A stretch of 63,432 bases of DNA, filler included, from a bacterium (GTDB lineage: Bacteria > JADJOY01), in NCBI GenBank assembly GCA_046331705.1. It is 3 parts of 3 records of this genome, joined end to end, with 100 filler letters (N's around TTAATTAATTAA, not from the genome) between each part and the next. Parts side by side here need not be neighbours in the genome. Positions count along the whole stretch, not along the records: positions 24,260 to 47,193 come from JAXLQJ010000085.1; positions 47,294 to 63,432 come from JAXLQJ010000096.1; 1 more part is not named here. The stretch is one strand, 5' to 3'. This document shows, one piece after another, positions 37,482-47,295 of this stretch. Numbering within the stretch: the stretch's first letter is position 1; every line of letters begins with the position of its first letter. The notes below the pieces were generated by a model. That model worked only from the letters and a program-made list of their open reading frames with translations. It ran no database searches and had not been told where the DNA came from. The position numbers and the translations under genes are program-made.

Positions 37482-40028
37482 ATGGCGATCTTCGGTGGTG
37501 GCACGACTCGAGTGATCCGCGGCGACGTAGCCAAACGGGTCCTCGCGAAGGATTGGACCGACGAGGCCTCGCGCGATCAGCTCTTGCAAGAGCTGCAGCG
37601 CACGTCGCGCGATCTCAAGCCGGAAGAGCTGATCGCGCTGGTCGCGCACGGCGACGTGCCGGTGCGGGCGGTCGCCGAGAAGATCGTGCACGATCGGCTC
37701 GACGCGAAGTTCGCCGACGTGCTGTTCAAGGCGACCGAGAAGCTCGATCCCAAGATCCAGTCGATGGTCTTCCACGCCGCGGCGCGCGCCCGGCCCGACG
37801 TGGCGATCGCGCAGCTCACGCGGCTGGTCACCGAAGGTAACCCGAGCACGGCCGTGCGCGCGATGAGCGCGCTGGCGACGGTCCCCGCGTCGCGTTCGGG
37901 CCCGGCTTTCGCGCGCTCGCAGGCGAGCGGTGCCTTCCTGCGTCTTCTCGCGCACGAGAAGCCGCAGATCCGCAGTCTCGCACTCTTCAAGGTGGCGGAG
38001 TCGCGCGAGCTTCTCGCCGACCAGCGGATGCAGCGCGCCGTCGTGGCCATGGCCGACGACGTCGAGGAACGGATCCGCCTCAAGGTCCTCGAGATGCTGG
38101 TCGACATGGACCCGGGCGAGGCGATTCGCGTCTGTCTGCAGCACATCACCGACACCTCGGCGGCGGTGCAGCAGTCGGCGGTGCGGGCGCTGAGCGCCTC
38201 GCTCGATCGCCTAGAGCACAAGGAAGGCGCCGAAGAGCACCTGGTGGCGTTGCTCACCGACGGCACCGAGGTGGTTCGCAACGGCATCCTCGGGATCCTC
38301 CTGAAGCGTCCCGACGCGGGGCGATACCTGCGCAGCCTGCTGGTGGTCTGCAAGAACCTCACGGGCTGGATGCGCGAGCGCACCGTCGATTCGCTGCGCA
38401 GCCACGGCGACCGACTCTCGGGCGACGTCGTCCGGCTCATGGAGGACCCCGACGACGACGTCCGTGCGATGGCCGTCACGCTGGCGGCCGTGCTCACCGC
38501 GCCCGAGGTCCAGCCGGCGCTGCTGCGGCGGCTCAAGGACACCGACTGGATGATCCGGATGCTCGCCGCGGAGGCGCTGGGGCGCTCGGGAGATCGGGCC
38601 GTGGTGCCGGCGCTCATCGAGGGTCTCGGTGATCCGGAGAGCGGCCTCACCTGCCTCGAGGCGCTGGCGATCCTGCGTGATCCCAGCGCCTTGGTGCAGA
38701 TCGTCCAGCAGCTCGGCAGCGCCAGGATGGAGGTGCGAACCGCGGTGCTGGACGCGCTGCGTGCCTTCGACGATCCGCGTGTCCACAGCGTCTACGAAAA
38801 GGTGATCCAGGGCGATCCCGCCGAGGAAGTGCGGCAGCGCGCGGCCCAGCATCTGTCCGAGATCCGCGCCGGTCGCACCGCGGCGGCGCCGCGCCTGCGC
38901 GAGTCGTTGCTCGCCAACTACAAGGCGCGGGTCACCGGCCCGCTGACTCCGATCGAGCAGCTCCTGATCCAGGCCCGCGAGGCCGACGCCTCCGACGTCC
39001 ACGTCTTGGTGGCCGCGCCGCCCATGATGCGCGTTCACGGCAAGCTCCAGAACCTGCCGGGCGAGCCGTACACGGAGGAGTCGAGCCGCGACCTGATCCT
39101 CGCGATCCTCGACGCCGAGCAGCGCGCGCGTCTCGAGAAGGATCGTCAGCTCGACTTCTGTCACTCGATAATCGGCGCGGGTCGCTATCGCTGCAACGTG
39201 TACGTCGAGCGCAAGGGGCTGGCCGGCTCGTTCCGGCTCATCCCCAAGGAAGTGCCGACCATCGTGGACATCGGCTTGCCCAGCCACCTCGCCGACATCG
39301 TCAACTACAACCAAGGGCTGGTGGTGGTGGCGGGTCCGTCGGGCTCGGGCAAATCCACGACGCTCGCGGCGCTGGTGAACCTCATCAACGAGCGCCGCCG
39401 CAGCCACATCCTCATCCTGGAAGACCCCATCGAGTTCGTGCACCCGCCGCGCCTCTGCCTCATCAACCAGCGCCAGACCGTGCTGCACACGCGCTCGTTC
39501 GCCGCGGCGCTGCGCGGCGCCCTGCGCGAGGACCCGGACGTGATCGTGGTGGGCGACATGCGCGATCCCGAGACCGTGCGCCTCGCGATCGAGGCGTCGG
39601 AGACCGGGCACCTCGTGATCGGCACCATGAACACCACGTCCGCGCCCAAGACCGTGGACCGCATCATCGAGTCGTTCCCGCCCGGCGAGCAGTCGCAGAT
39701 CCGCACCATGCTCTCCGAGACGCTGCGCGCGATCGTCTGCCAATCGTTGCTGCCGAGCTCGGACGGCGAGCGGGTGGCGTGCTTCGAGGTGCTCATGGGC
39801 ACGCTGGGAGTGCGGAACCTGATCCGCGAGTCGAAGACCTTCCAGCTGGTGGGCCAGATGCAGATCGGCGAGAAGCAGGGGCACATGACCGTGGACGCGT
39901 CGCTCGCGCGGTTGGTGGAGACGGGCAAGCTCACCGGCGAGCAGGCGTATCTGCGCGCGCAGAACAAGGCGAACTTCGAGGCCATGGTGACGCCCGAGTT
40001 CTTGTCGGGTCGCCTGATCGTGGGATGA
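37482..40028 (+). CDS. HEAT-repeat / PilT-PilU-family ATPase fusion
   Basis: Long N-terminal HEAT region; ASDVH, GPSGSGKST, EDPIE, LREDPD, GDMRD, TMNT. Confidence 0.9.
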   Translation: MAIFGGGTTRVIRGDVAKRVLAKDWTDEASRDQLLQELQRTSRDLKPEELIALVAHGDVPVRAVAEKIVHDRLDAKFADVLFKATEKLDPKIQSMVFHAAARARPDVAIAQLTRLVTEGNPSTAVRAMSALATVPASRSGPAFARSQASGAFLRLLAHEKPQIRSLALFKVAESRELLADQRMQRAVVAMADDVEERIRLKVLEMLVDMDPGEAIRVCLQHITDTSAAVQQSAVRALSASLDRLEHKEGAEEHLVALLTDGTEVVRNGILGILLKRPDAGRYLRSLLVVCKNLTGWMRERTVDSLRSHGDRLSGDVVRLMEDPDDDVRAMAVTLAAVLTAPEVQPALLRRLKDTDWMIRMLAAEALGRSGDRAVVPALIEGLGDPESGLTCLEALAILRDPSALVQIVQQLGSARMEVRTAVLDALRAFDDPRVHSVYEKVIQGDPAEEVRQRAAQHLSEIRAGRTAAAPRLRESLLANYKARVTGPLTPIEQLLIQAREADASDVHVLVAAPPMMRVHGKLQNLPGEPYTEESSRDLILAILDAEQRARLEKDRQLDFCHSIIGAGRYRCNVYVERKGLAGSFRLIPKEVPTIVDIGLPSHLADIVNYNQGLVVVAGPSGSGKSTTLAALVNLINERRRSHILILEDPIEFVHPPRLCLINQRQTVLHTRSFAAALRGALREDPDVIVVGDMRDPETVRLAIEASETGHLVIGTMNTTSAPKTVDRIIESFPPGEQSQIRTMLSETLRAIVCQSLLPSSDGERVACFEVLMGTLGVRNLIRESKTFQLVGQMQIGEKQGHMTVDASLARLVETGKLTGEQAYLRAQNKANFEAMVTPEFLSGRLIVG

Positions 40029-40128
40029 GCGCCGGGGCGACGACGGCGGTGGCGCGTGGCGGCGTGCCGGCGTGGTCCTCGCATCGTCCTGCGGCGTCGC
40101 TCGACGGAATGCCGCGACCGAGGTCGGA

Positions 40129-41208
40129 ATGAACAAGATCGACCGCTTTCTGAAGCTCATGAACGACCGCGGAGGCTCGGACCTGCACCTCTCGGTGGGT
40201 CGCCCGCCGCTGTTGCGCCTGCACGGCGACATCGAGCCGGTGCGCTACGGCAACCTGACCGATACCGACTTCACCGAGCTGGTGCGGCCGGTGGTGGGCG
40301 ACGAGGAGGCGTGGAATCGCTTCCTCGCCGGCGGCGACATGGATCTCGCGTACGAGGTGCCGGAGATGGCGCGCTTCCGCGTCAATCTCTTCAAGCAGTT
40401 TCGGGGGATGGGCGCCGTGTTCCGCCTCATCCCCACGCGCCTCATGACGCTCGCGCAGCTCGGCATGCCGCCCTCGGTCGAGAAGTTCTGCTACTTGCGG
40501 CAGGGGCTGCTCCTCGTCACCGGCCCCACGGGCTCCGGCAAGTCGACCACGCTCTCGGGGATCCTGAATCGCATCAACGAGGAGCAGACGCTGCACATCA
40601 TCACCATCGAGGACCCGATCGAGTTCGTTCACCCGAACAAGCAATCCATCATCAGCCAGCGCGAGATCGGCGCCCACGCCACGCAATTCTCGGAGGCGCT
40701 CAAGGCGGCCGTGCGCGAGGATCCGGACATCATCCTGGTGGGCGAGCTGCGCGACCTCGAGACGATCCGCACCGCCATCAACGCCGCCGAGTCGGGGCTC
40801 ACCGTGTTCGCGACGCTCCACACCAACAGCGCCGCCAAGGCCGTCGACCGCATCCTCAACGTGTTCCCCGAGGAAGAGCAGGAGGCGGTGCGCGGGGCGC
40901 TCGCCGAGTGCTTGCGCGGCGTGCTCGCGCAACAGCTCGTGAAGAAGAAGGGCGGCGGGCGCGTGGCGGCGCTCGAGGTGCTGTTCGCGACCTCGAGCCT
41001 CGGCACGCTGATCCGGGAAGGGAAGACCTCGCAGATCCAATCGTCGATCGCGATGGGCAAGAATCTCGGCATGGTCACCATGGACGAGAGCCTCTTCAAC
41101 CTGGTGGTCGAAGAGCTCGTCGAGCCGCTCGCGGCCTACGAGAAGGCGATCGACAAGGGCGCGTTTCGCGATCGGCTCGCCAGCATCGGCACTCAGGTCG
41201 ACGCGTGA
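40129..41208 (+). CDS. pilT: Type IV pilus retraction ATPase, PilT family
   Basis: GSDLHL, GPTGSGKST, EDPIE, REDPDIILVGELRD, ATLHT. Confidence 0.9.
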   Translation: MNKIDRFLKLMNDRGGSDLHLSVGRPPLLRLHGDIEPVRYGNLTDTDFTELVRPVVGDEEAWNRFLAGGDMDLAYEVPEMARFRVNLFKQFRGMGAVFRLIPTRLMTLAQLGMPPSVEKFCYLRQGLLLVTGPTGSGKSTTLSGILNRINEEQTLHIITIEDPIEFVHPNKQSIISQREIGAHATQFSEALKAAVREDPDIILVGELRDLETIRTAINAAESGLTVFATLHTNSAAKAVDRILNVFPEEEQEAVRGALAECLRGVLAQQLVKKKGGGRVAALEVLFATSSLGTLIREGKTSQIQSSIAMGKNLGMVTMDESLFNLVVEELVEPLAAYEKAIDKGAFRDRLASIGTQVDA

Positions 41209-42071
41209 ACCCGGCCCGGCTCGCGCGCCTGGCGCGGTTCACTCGCAGGTATCTGGGCGAGAAGCGGCCGCTCAGCTACCGGCTCTGCAAGGCGTGGCTC
41301 GGGCTCGTCTATCCGCGTCACGGCCGCCGCGACTCGCACCGGCTCGTGATCGAGCACGACCGCGGGTTGATCCACGTCGACACGGCGAGCTCGATCGAGT
41401 ACGCGGTGCTCTTCCGGGGCGTGTGGGAGCCCGAGGTCGCGCGGCTGTTGGATCGACTGGTGCGGCCGGGCGACGTCTGCCTGGACGTGGGTGCGAGCGT
41501 CGGCGTGCACGCGCTGCGGATGGCGTTTCGGGTGGGCGCCGGCGGGCGCGTGATCGCGTGCGAGCCCCAGCCCGAGCTCGCCGAGCGCATCCGCGCCAAC
41601 GCCGCGCTCAATCGCCTCGCGAACCTGACGGTGGTCGAGGCGGCGGTCGCGGAGCGCGACGGGACGGCCACCTTCTACACCTACCGCGAAGGCGAGTTCG
41701 CCCGTGCGCTCTCGGGGCTCACGCCAGCGAAGGGCGCCGAGCGCGCCATCGAGGTGCGGACGGCGAGCGGCGCGGGGCTCGCTCGCGAGCTCGGCCTCGA
41801 CCGGCTCGATCTCGTGAAGATCGACGCCGAAGGTGCCGACGCCGCCGTGATCGCGACGCTCGATGCGCTCATCGAGAAGCATCGGCCCACGATTCTCTTC
41901 GAGCACCGCGAGCAGCATTGGAGCCGCCTCGGTGCCTCGATCGACGGTGTGGTGACCCGGTTGCGCGCGCTCGGCTATCGGCTCTACGTCATCGCCGACG
42001 ACGCGACCGCGCCGCTCGATGGCGCCGTACCTCCGAGCTGCGAGCTGCTCGCGATCGCCGGCCGCGCGTAG
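41205..42071 (+). CDS. FkbM family methyltransferase
   Basis: GTGA overlap; LDVGASVG, EP, LVKIDAEG, P.ILFE. Confidence 0.9.
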   Translation: MNPARLARLARFTRRYLGEKRPLSYRLCKAWLGLVYPRHGRRDSHRLVIEHDRGLIHVDTASSIEYAVLFRGVWEPEVARLLDRLVRPGDVCLDVGASVGVHALRMAFRVGAGGRVIACEPQPELAERIRANAALNRLANLTVVEAAVAERDGTATFYTYREGEFARALSGLTPAKGAERAIEVRTASGAGLARELGLDRLDLVKIDAEGADAAVIATLDALIEKHRPTILFEHREQHWSRLGASIDGVVTRLRALGYRLYVIADDATAPLDGAVPPSCELLAIAGRA

Positions 42072-42105
42072 CGTCGCGGCGCGGCGAGCGTGTCGCCGCC
42101 GCTCG

Positions 42106-43035
42106 TCACTTCCGCCGCCGGCGCTCGCGGCGATGCCGAGCCCAGGGTGCCTCGAGGGTGAGCGCCGCGGAGGCGCACAGCGATACGCCGAGCACGGCCA
42201 GCGCCTCGCGTGGGCGATCGTCCCAGCCGAGCCCGAGCGCCACCCACGGGAGCGCGAGCGGGAGCACGCGGTGGTGGATGGCGAGCCGGAAGCGCCAGCC
42301 GAACGCGACCACCGCCGTCGCGAGCGCCGGCACGATCCACGGCACCGCCGTCGCGGGCGGAAGCCACCGGGGGGTCAGCCACGCCGCGAACCCGATCGCG
42401 GCGCCGAGTGCCAGCACCCGCGCCCAGCGCAGCCGCGGATCGGGGTCGAGCATCTGGAAGAGCGCGTAAGCGGCCCCGCCCGCGAGCGCCGTGCGCGGCA
42501 GATCCGCGTACGCGAGGGTCGCGAGCGGCAACACGGCGAGCAGCGCGCCCACGCGCGGTACCTGGTCCACGATGCCCCAGATCAGGAGTGCCGCGGCGAG
42601 CGCGATCCCGGGCACGCCGCCAGCGACGATCACCGCGGCGGGCAAGAGCAACGCGCGTGGCGAGAGCAACAGCGCGCGCACCGGGGCGCGGCGGACGCGC
42701 GTCGCCTCGATCGGCGCGAGGCCGAGCACGCCGAGCGCGAGCTCGTGGGCGCGCCGCTCGTTGCGCGACGCCAGGTGCGCCGAGCGTTGGTCGGCGTCGG
42801 CGCCGTCGCCGCGATGGAAGAGCGTGAACGCGTCGTGGTCCAGCGCGCGTCGCTGGGTCGCCCCCTCGGCTCGCCACGCGATCTCGAAGCCGTCGGGTGC
42901 ATCGTCCACGCACAGCGATTCGGCGACGGCGCGGTGCAGCTCCGGCTGCACGCCGCGCTCGGCGGCCACGCGTTCCAGCTGCCGTAGCAGCAAGTGGTGC
43001 AGGGCGCGCGCGTGTGACGCGCTGGATGCGCTCAT
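42106..43035 (-). CDS. Hypothetical multi-pass membrane protein
   Basis: ATGA overlap with the upstream gene; several hydrophobic helices. Confidence 0.65.
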   Translation of the reverse strand: MSASSASHARALHHLLLRQLERVAAERGVQPELHRAVAESLCVDDAPDGFEIAWRAEGATQRRALDHDAFTLFHRGDGADADQRSAHLASRNERRAHELALGVLGLAPIEATRVRRAPVRALLLSPRALLLPAAVIVAGGVPGIALAAALLIWGIVDQVPRVGALLAVLPLATLAYADLPRTALAGGAAYALFQMLDPDPRLRWARVLALGAAIGFAAWLTPRWLPPATAVPWIVPALATAVVAFGWRFRLAIHHRVLPLALPWVALGLGWDDRPREALAVLGVSLCASAALTLEAPWARHRRERRRRK

Positions 43036-44309
43036 CGCGACGAGCCTTTCCCGCCTGCCGGGCGCGCCGTTGCTACGCGGATCTCGGCCGCGATCGCGTG
43101 CAGCTCGTCGGTGCTGGTGGTGCCACGCGCCGTGCTCGGCTGGGCTGCGAGGATCGGTGTGCGGAGCGCACGCGCGGCGAGGCTGATGTCCGCGTAAGGG
43201 CCACGCACGCAGCCCTCGCACGCGGCCACCAGCGGCGCGCACGCGCGCTGGACGACACCATCGCGAAACCAGACGGGAAAGCGTTCGTCGTGGACCGGGA
43301 AGGGTTCCTCGAGCCGGTGGTCTCTGCACGGCGCGACCCGCCCGGCGGGGTCGATGCCGAGATAGAGATTCGGCCCGTCGCACACGTCGCCGTTGAAGCG
43401 TCGCCAGCGCACCGGCTCGCCCAGGGCGAAGCGCTTCACGTCCTCGAGCAACGCGGGCGGCGTGGCGATGCCGTGCCCGCGTCTGCTGAGGCGCGCCAGC
43501 TCGTCGAGGACGGCGCGGACGCGTGCGTGGCTCTCGGGCGCGAAGACGAGCGCGCCGCTCGGATCGAACGCGCGAAAGGCGCGCGGCCGCGTGGTGTCGG
43601 TCAGGTGGACCGGCGCGAGCGAGACCGACCAGCCGATCCGCGCCGCGAATTCCACCACCGCGGTCACGTGCTCGAGGGTTGCCGGCATCAGCGTGGCGTC
43701 GAAGCCGCGCGCTCCATCGGCAGGGAAGGTCTCGTTCACGGCGGCGACCGAGTCGAGGATCGCGTCCCACGATCCCGCGATGCCGTTCAAGCGGTCCTGG
43801 AGCGACGGATCGAGGGTGTCGATGGCGACCTGGATGTCGCGGGCCCCGGCGTCGGCGCACGCGGCGATCGCGTCCCGGCTCGCGAACCCGGCGGTGCGCA
43901 GGCGCGTCGCGATCCCCGCCTCCGTGAACGCGGCGACGATCTCCGCCAGATCGTCCCGCACGAACGGCTCGCGGCCGCCGACATCCACGCGGCTCACGCC
44001 GAGCTCGGCCAGGTTGCGTGCCACGGCGGCCAGCTCGCCCACCGTGAGCTCGGGTGCGTCGCCGTCGGCGTCGACCGCATCGATGCGCTGCCAGCCGGGG
44101 GCGCTGCGCGCCGTCACCAGCAGATCGACCCACACCGGTCCCGTGCGTCGCGCCCGGGAGCGCAGCGCGTTCAACCGATGCCGCCACGCGGGGAGAGGCG
44201 AGCGGGTCACGAGCGACTCGGCGAACGGGGCCGACGCGGGCGACGGCAGCGAAGGACGGATCGAGGCGGCACGCGGTGTTCTCGAGGATCGCGCAGAGCG
44301 CCCGAGCAT
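43032..44309 (-). CDS. Radical SAM-fold protein lacking the CxxxCxxC motif, retains Twitch/SPASM-like Cys
   Basis: PELT..GGREPFVRDDL, IQVAIDTL..QDRLNG, CDGPNLYLGIDPAGRVAPC..CEGC; start uncertain. Confidence 0.72.
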   Translation of the reverse strand: MLGRSARSSRTPRAASIRPSLPSPASAPFAESLVTRSPLPAWRHRLNALRSRARRTGPVWVDLLVTARSAPGWQRIDAVDADGDAPELTVGELAAVARNLAELGVSRVDVGGREPFVRDDLAEIVAAFTEAGIATRLRTAGFASRDAIAACADAGARDIQVAIDTLDPSLQDRLNGIAGSWDAILDSVAAVNETFPADGARGFDATLMPATLEHVTAVVEFAARIGWSVSLAPVHLTDTTRPRAFRAFDPSGALVFAPESHARVRAVLDELARLSRRGHGIATPPALLEDVKRFALGEPVRWRRFNGDVCDGPNLYLGIDPAGRVAPCRDHRLEEPFPVHDERFPVWFRDGVVQRACAPLVAACEGCVRGPYADISLAARALRTPILAAQPSTARGTTSTDELHAIAAEIRVATARPAGGKGSSR

Positions 44310-44450
44310 AGCCGCACGCTCGATCGAGGAGAGGTGCAGCACGGAAGCACCGCGACGACGTGGCGAGGTGCCGCGCACCGCTCGCGAGTGGGCCGCGGCC
44401 GCCGGTCTCCACACGCGAGCGTGCTATCGTGCCGCGCCCGAGGAGGAACC

Positions 44451-44756
44451 ATGGTGGAGCGACCGCACGCCGGCTGGTGGATCTCGATCTTCCTCGGGAT
44501 GGGGCTCACGACGCTCTTGGCCGTGAGCGCCGGTGCCTACGGCTGGTGGCACGATCACGTCACCACGCTCCTGCCGCGTGTGCTCGTCCAAGTGATCGCG
44601 GTCGCCGCGTGGGCGGCGCACCTCGGCGAGGGAATCGCCGCCTATCGACTGGCGCGGCGGCTCGGCCCCACGACGGACGCGTGGGGATGGTTCCTGCAGA
44701 CCGCCGCCCTGGGATTCCCCTCGTTCCGGCTGCTCAAGCAGCGCGCTCAGCGCTGA
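44451..44756 (+). CDS. Small membrane protein (DUF4499/TMEM254-like)
   Basis: AGGAGG RBS; AWAAHLGE..WFLQTAALGFPSF. Confidence 0.8.
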   Translation: MVERPHAGWWISIFLGMGLTTLLAVSAGAYGWWHDHVTTLLPRVLVQVIAVAAWAAHLGEGIAAYRLARRLGPTTDAWGWFLQTAALGFPSFRLLKQRAQR

Positions 44757-44768
44757 CGCCGCCGGCGT

Positions 44769-46292
44769 TCAACCCACGGCGTCGCGATCGGTTCGGCGTC
44801 GCCGCGGCTCGGCGGCGACCTCGGTGGCGCGCGCCGCGCGTCGCGCTCGCCGGCGCGGCGCGGCCGCGCGCGCCCGCTCGATCGGGATGACCTGATGCGG
44901 TTCGTTCGACGGGCGATCCGCGAGCTCGCAGAGCGCAGTGAGGCCGCGCTGGATGCCGTCGGCGAACACGGCGAGATCCGGCACCGCGTCCCAGTCGCCG
45001 CTCAGCCCGAAGTTGATCTGACCATTGTAGGAAAGCACCGCGACGCCGAGCGTGGTGGTGCCCACCAGCGGCACGAAGGGGAACGCCTCGACCATCTCTC
45101 CGCCGCGGAAGTAGAGCGGGAACTGTGGCCCGGGCACGTTGGTCACCACCAGATTCATCACCCACTGGCGCTCGATGGCGCGCGCCGCCAGCGCCATGAT
45201 CGTGGGCGGCGCGAAATCGCTGAGCTGGATGAGCGCGTTGGCGCCCACCGCCTCGCCGGATTGCTTCACGTGCGCCATGCCCTGGTGGATCGAGCGCAAA
45301 CGCTTCTCGGGGTCGGCCTCGCCGACCGGCAGGTGCGCGAACATCACGGCGACCTGATTGCCGTAGGTCATGCGCTCCGAGGGGTCGCGCACCGACACCG
45401 GCACGGCGGCCCGCATCACCAGTCCCGTGACGTTCTCGCCCCGGGATTCGAGGATGTGGCGCAGCCCGGCGGTCACCAGCGCCAGCACCACGTCGTTCAC
45501 CGTGCAGCCGAAGCGGTTCTTGATCACCTTGAGGTCCGCGAGGCGCGTGCGCACCACCTCGAATCGGCGGTGCGGGCCGATCGGCCGATTGAGCGAGGTC
45601 CGCGGCGCGACCTCGAGCGCCGCGCCGCCGAAGCTCGCCAGCCCCTTGGCGACGGCGCCGGCCTGCTCGAGCAGCTTGCGCGGCGTGCGTGTGGCCGCGC
45701 GCACCGAGCGCGCGATCTCCGCCGGCTTGGTCCAGCGCTCGACGATGCTGGCGCGTAGCAGCTCGCCCTTGGTCGGAGCGGGCGCGGGCGTGAACCGGTC
45801 GGGCTCGCTCGGCACGGCGTCCTTCTCCATGTCGAGGAGCACCGTGGCGAGATCCACGCCCGACACGCCGTCGATCAGGCAATGGTGAGTCTTCTGGATG
45901 ACGGCCTTGCGCGCGTGAGGGAGGTCGACCATCCACAGCTCCCACAGCGGCCGCTTGCGGTCGAGCGGCGTGCTCATGAGCCGGCCCATGAGCGTCAGCA
46001 GCTCGCGCTCACCGCCCGGTCGAGGCAAGCCGGTGTGGCGAACGTGGAAGCGCACGTCGAAGTGCGGGTCGTCCACCCACACCGGCCGGCCCTGGCCATA
46101 GGGCACCCACATCAGCTTCTTGCGGAAGCGGGGCACCAGGTCGAGGCGTTGCTCGATGTGGGCGTTGATCTCCTCGGCGCTGAGGCCGGTGTCCTCGAAG
46201 ATCGCCACCGATCCCACGTGCATGTGGGACACCGGGGATTCGAAGTAGAGAAAGGAAGCATCCTGCGGGCTGAGCCGCTCGAATTTCGCCAT
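44769..46292 (-). CDS. Wax ester synthase/diacylglycerol acyltransferase
   Basis: RLSPQDASFL, HMHVG, RPLWE, HHCLIDG, TVNDV, TNVPGP. Confidence 0.95.
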   Translation of the reverse strand: MAKFERLSPQDASFLYFESPVSHMHVGSVAIFEDTGLSAEEINAHIEQRLDLVPRFRKKLMWVPYGQGRPVWVDDPHFDVRFHVRHTGLPRPGGERELLTLMGRLMSTPLDRKRPLWELWMVDLPHARKAVIQKTHHCLIDGVSGVDLATVLLDMEKDAVPSEPDRFTPAPAPTKGELLRASIVERWTKPAEIARSVRAATRTPRKLLEQAGAVAKGLASFGGAALEVAPRTSLNRPIGPHRRFEVVRTRLADLKVIKNRFGCTVNDVVLALVTAGLRHILESRGENVTGLVMRAAVPVSVRDPSERMTYGNQVAVMFAHLPVGEADPEKRLRSIHQGMAHVKQSGEAVGANALIQLSDFAPPTIMALAARAIERQWVMNLVVTNVPGPQFPLYFRGGEMVEAFPFVPLVGTTTLGVAVLSYNGQINFGLSGDWDAVPDLAVFADGIQRGLTALCELADRPSNEPHQVIPIERARAAAPRRRARRAARATEVAAEPRRRRTDRDAVG

Positions 46293-46518
46293 GATGAGCC
46301 TCGGTGCCGGTCGAGACGTTCGGGCCGGCGCGGTCATTCAAGCTCCGACCGATCCGCGGCGCAAACGCGGGGGAAGGGCGGGGCGCAGGGACCGGCGCCG
46401 GCCGCCGCCGGGATCGCGTTGCCACCGATCGCGACCGCTCAATAACCTCGGCGGTTCCGGCCGGGGGGCCGGATTCGGCCGCGCCGGGACGCGCGGTCCA
46501 TCGAGGAGATCGCAGACC

Positions 46519-47088
46519 ATGGACAAGAACACGATCACCGTCGTTTCCGGCCTGCCGCGCTCGGGTACGTCGATGATGATGAAGATGCTGGAGGCGGGTG
46601 GGCTGACGGTCGTCGCCGACGAGAAGCGCGTCGCCGACGACGACAACCCCAAGGGCTACTACGAGGATCAGCGCTTCAAGACGCTCCACAAGGACAACTC
46701 GTGGATCGGCGAGGCGCTCGGGAAGTCGGTGAAGGTGATCTACAACTTCCTGGTCAATCTGCCGCCCGAGTACCGCTACAACATCGTGTTCCTTCGCCGC
46801 GAGATCAGCGAGGTGCTGGCGTCGCAGAAGAAGATGCTGGCGCGCCGCGGCACCGAGGACTCGATCCCCGACGAGAAGATGGCGGCCTTCTTCCGCAAGG
46901 ACCTCGAGCGCGTCGAGGCGTGGCTCGCCAAGCAGCCGAACATCGACGTCCTCTATCTCGGTTATCACGACGTGGTGAAGGATCCGCTGGCGAACGCCGA
47001 GCGCATCAACGGCTTCCTGGGCGGCGGCCTCGACGTGCAGAAGATGGCCGAGGTCGCGGACCCGAAGCTCTATCGCAACCGCGCCTGA
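46519..47088 (+). CDS. Sulfotransferase family protein
   Basis: GAGGAG RBS; VSGLPRSGTS PAPS motif, NPKGYYE. Confidence 0.88.
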   Translation: MDKNTITVVSGLPRSGTSMMMKMLEAGGLTVVADEKRVADDDNPKGYYEDQRFKTLHKDNSWIGEALGKSVKVIYNFLVNLPPEYRYNIVFLRREISEVLASQKKMLARRGTEDSIPDEKMAAFFRKDLERVEAWLAKQPNIDVLYLGYHDVVKDPLANAERINGFLGGGLDVQKMAEVADPKLYRNRA

Positions 47089-47193
47089 TTCACCCTTCGT
47101 CGCGCGCGCGTGCGCGCGAGCGAGCGCCGCGCTCAGCCCGCCGGCTGCGCGTGCGGACCCGTGAGCGACGCTGGCTGGGCGCCGGCGTCGGTC

Positions 47194-47293
47194 NNNNNNN
47201 NNNNNNNNNNNNNNNNNNNNNNNNNNNNNNNNNNNNNTTAATTAATTAANNNNNNNNNNNNNNNNNNNNNNNNNNNNNNNNNNNNNNNNNNNN
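47194..47293. other. Artificial contig-joining linker (N44-TTAATTAATTAA-N44)
   Basis: Same structure as 24160-24259; linker core at 47238-47249. Confidence 0.98.
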
Positions 47294-47295
47294 AG

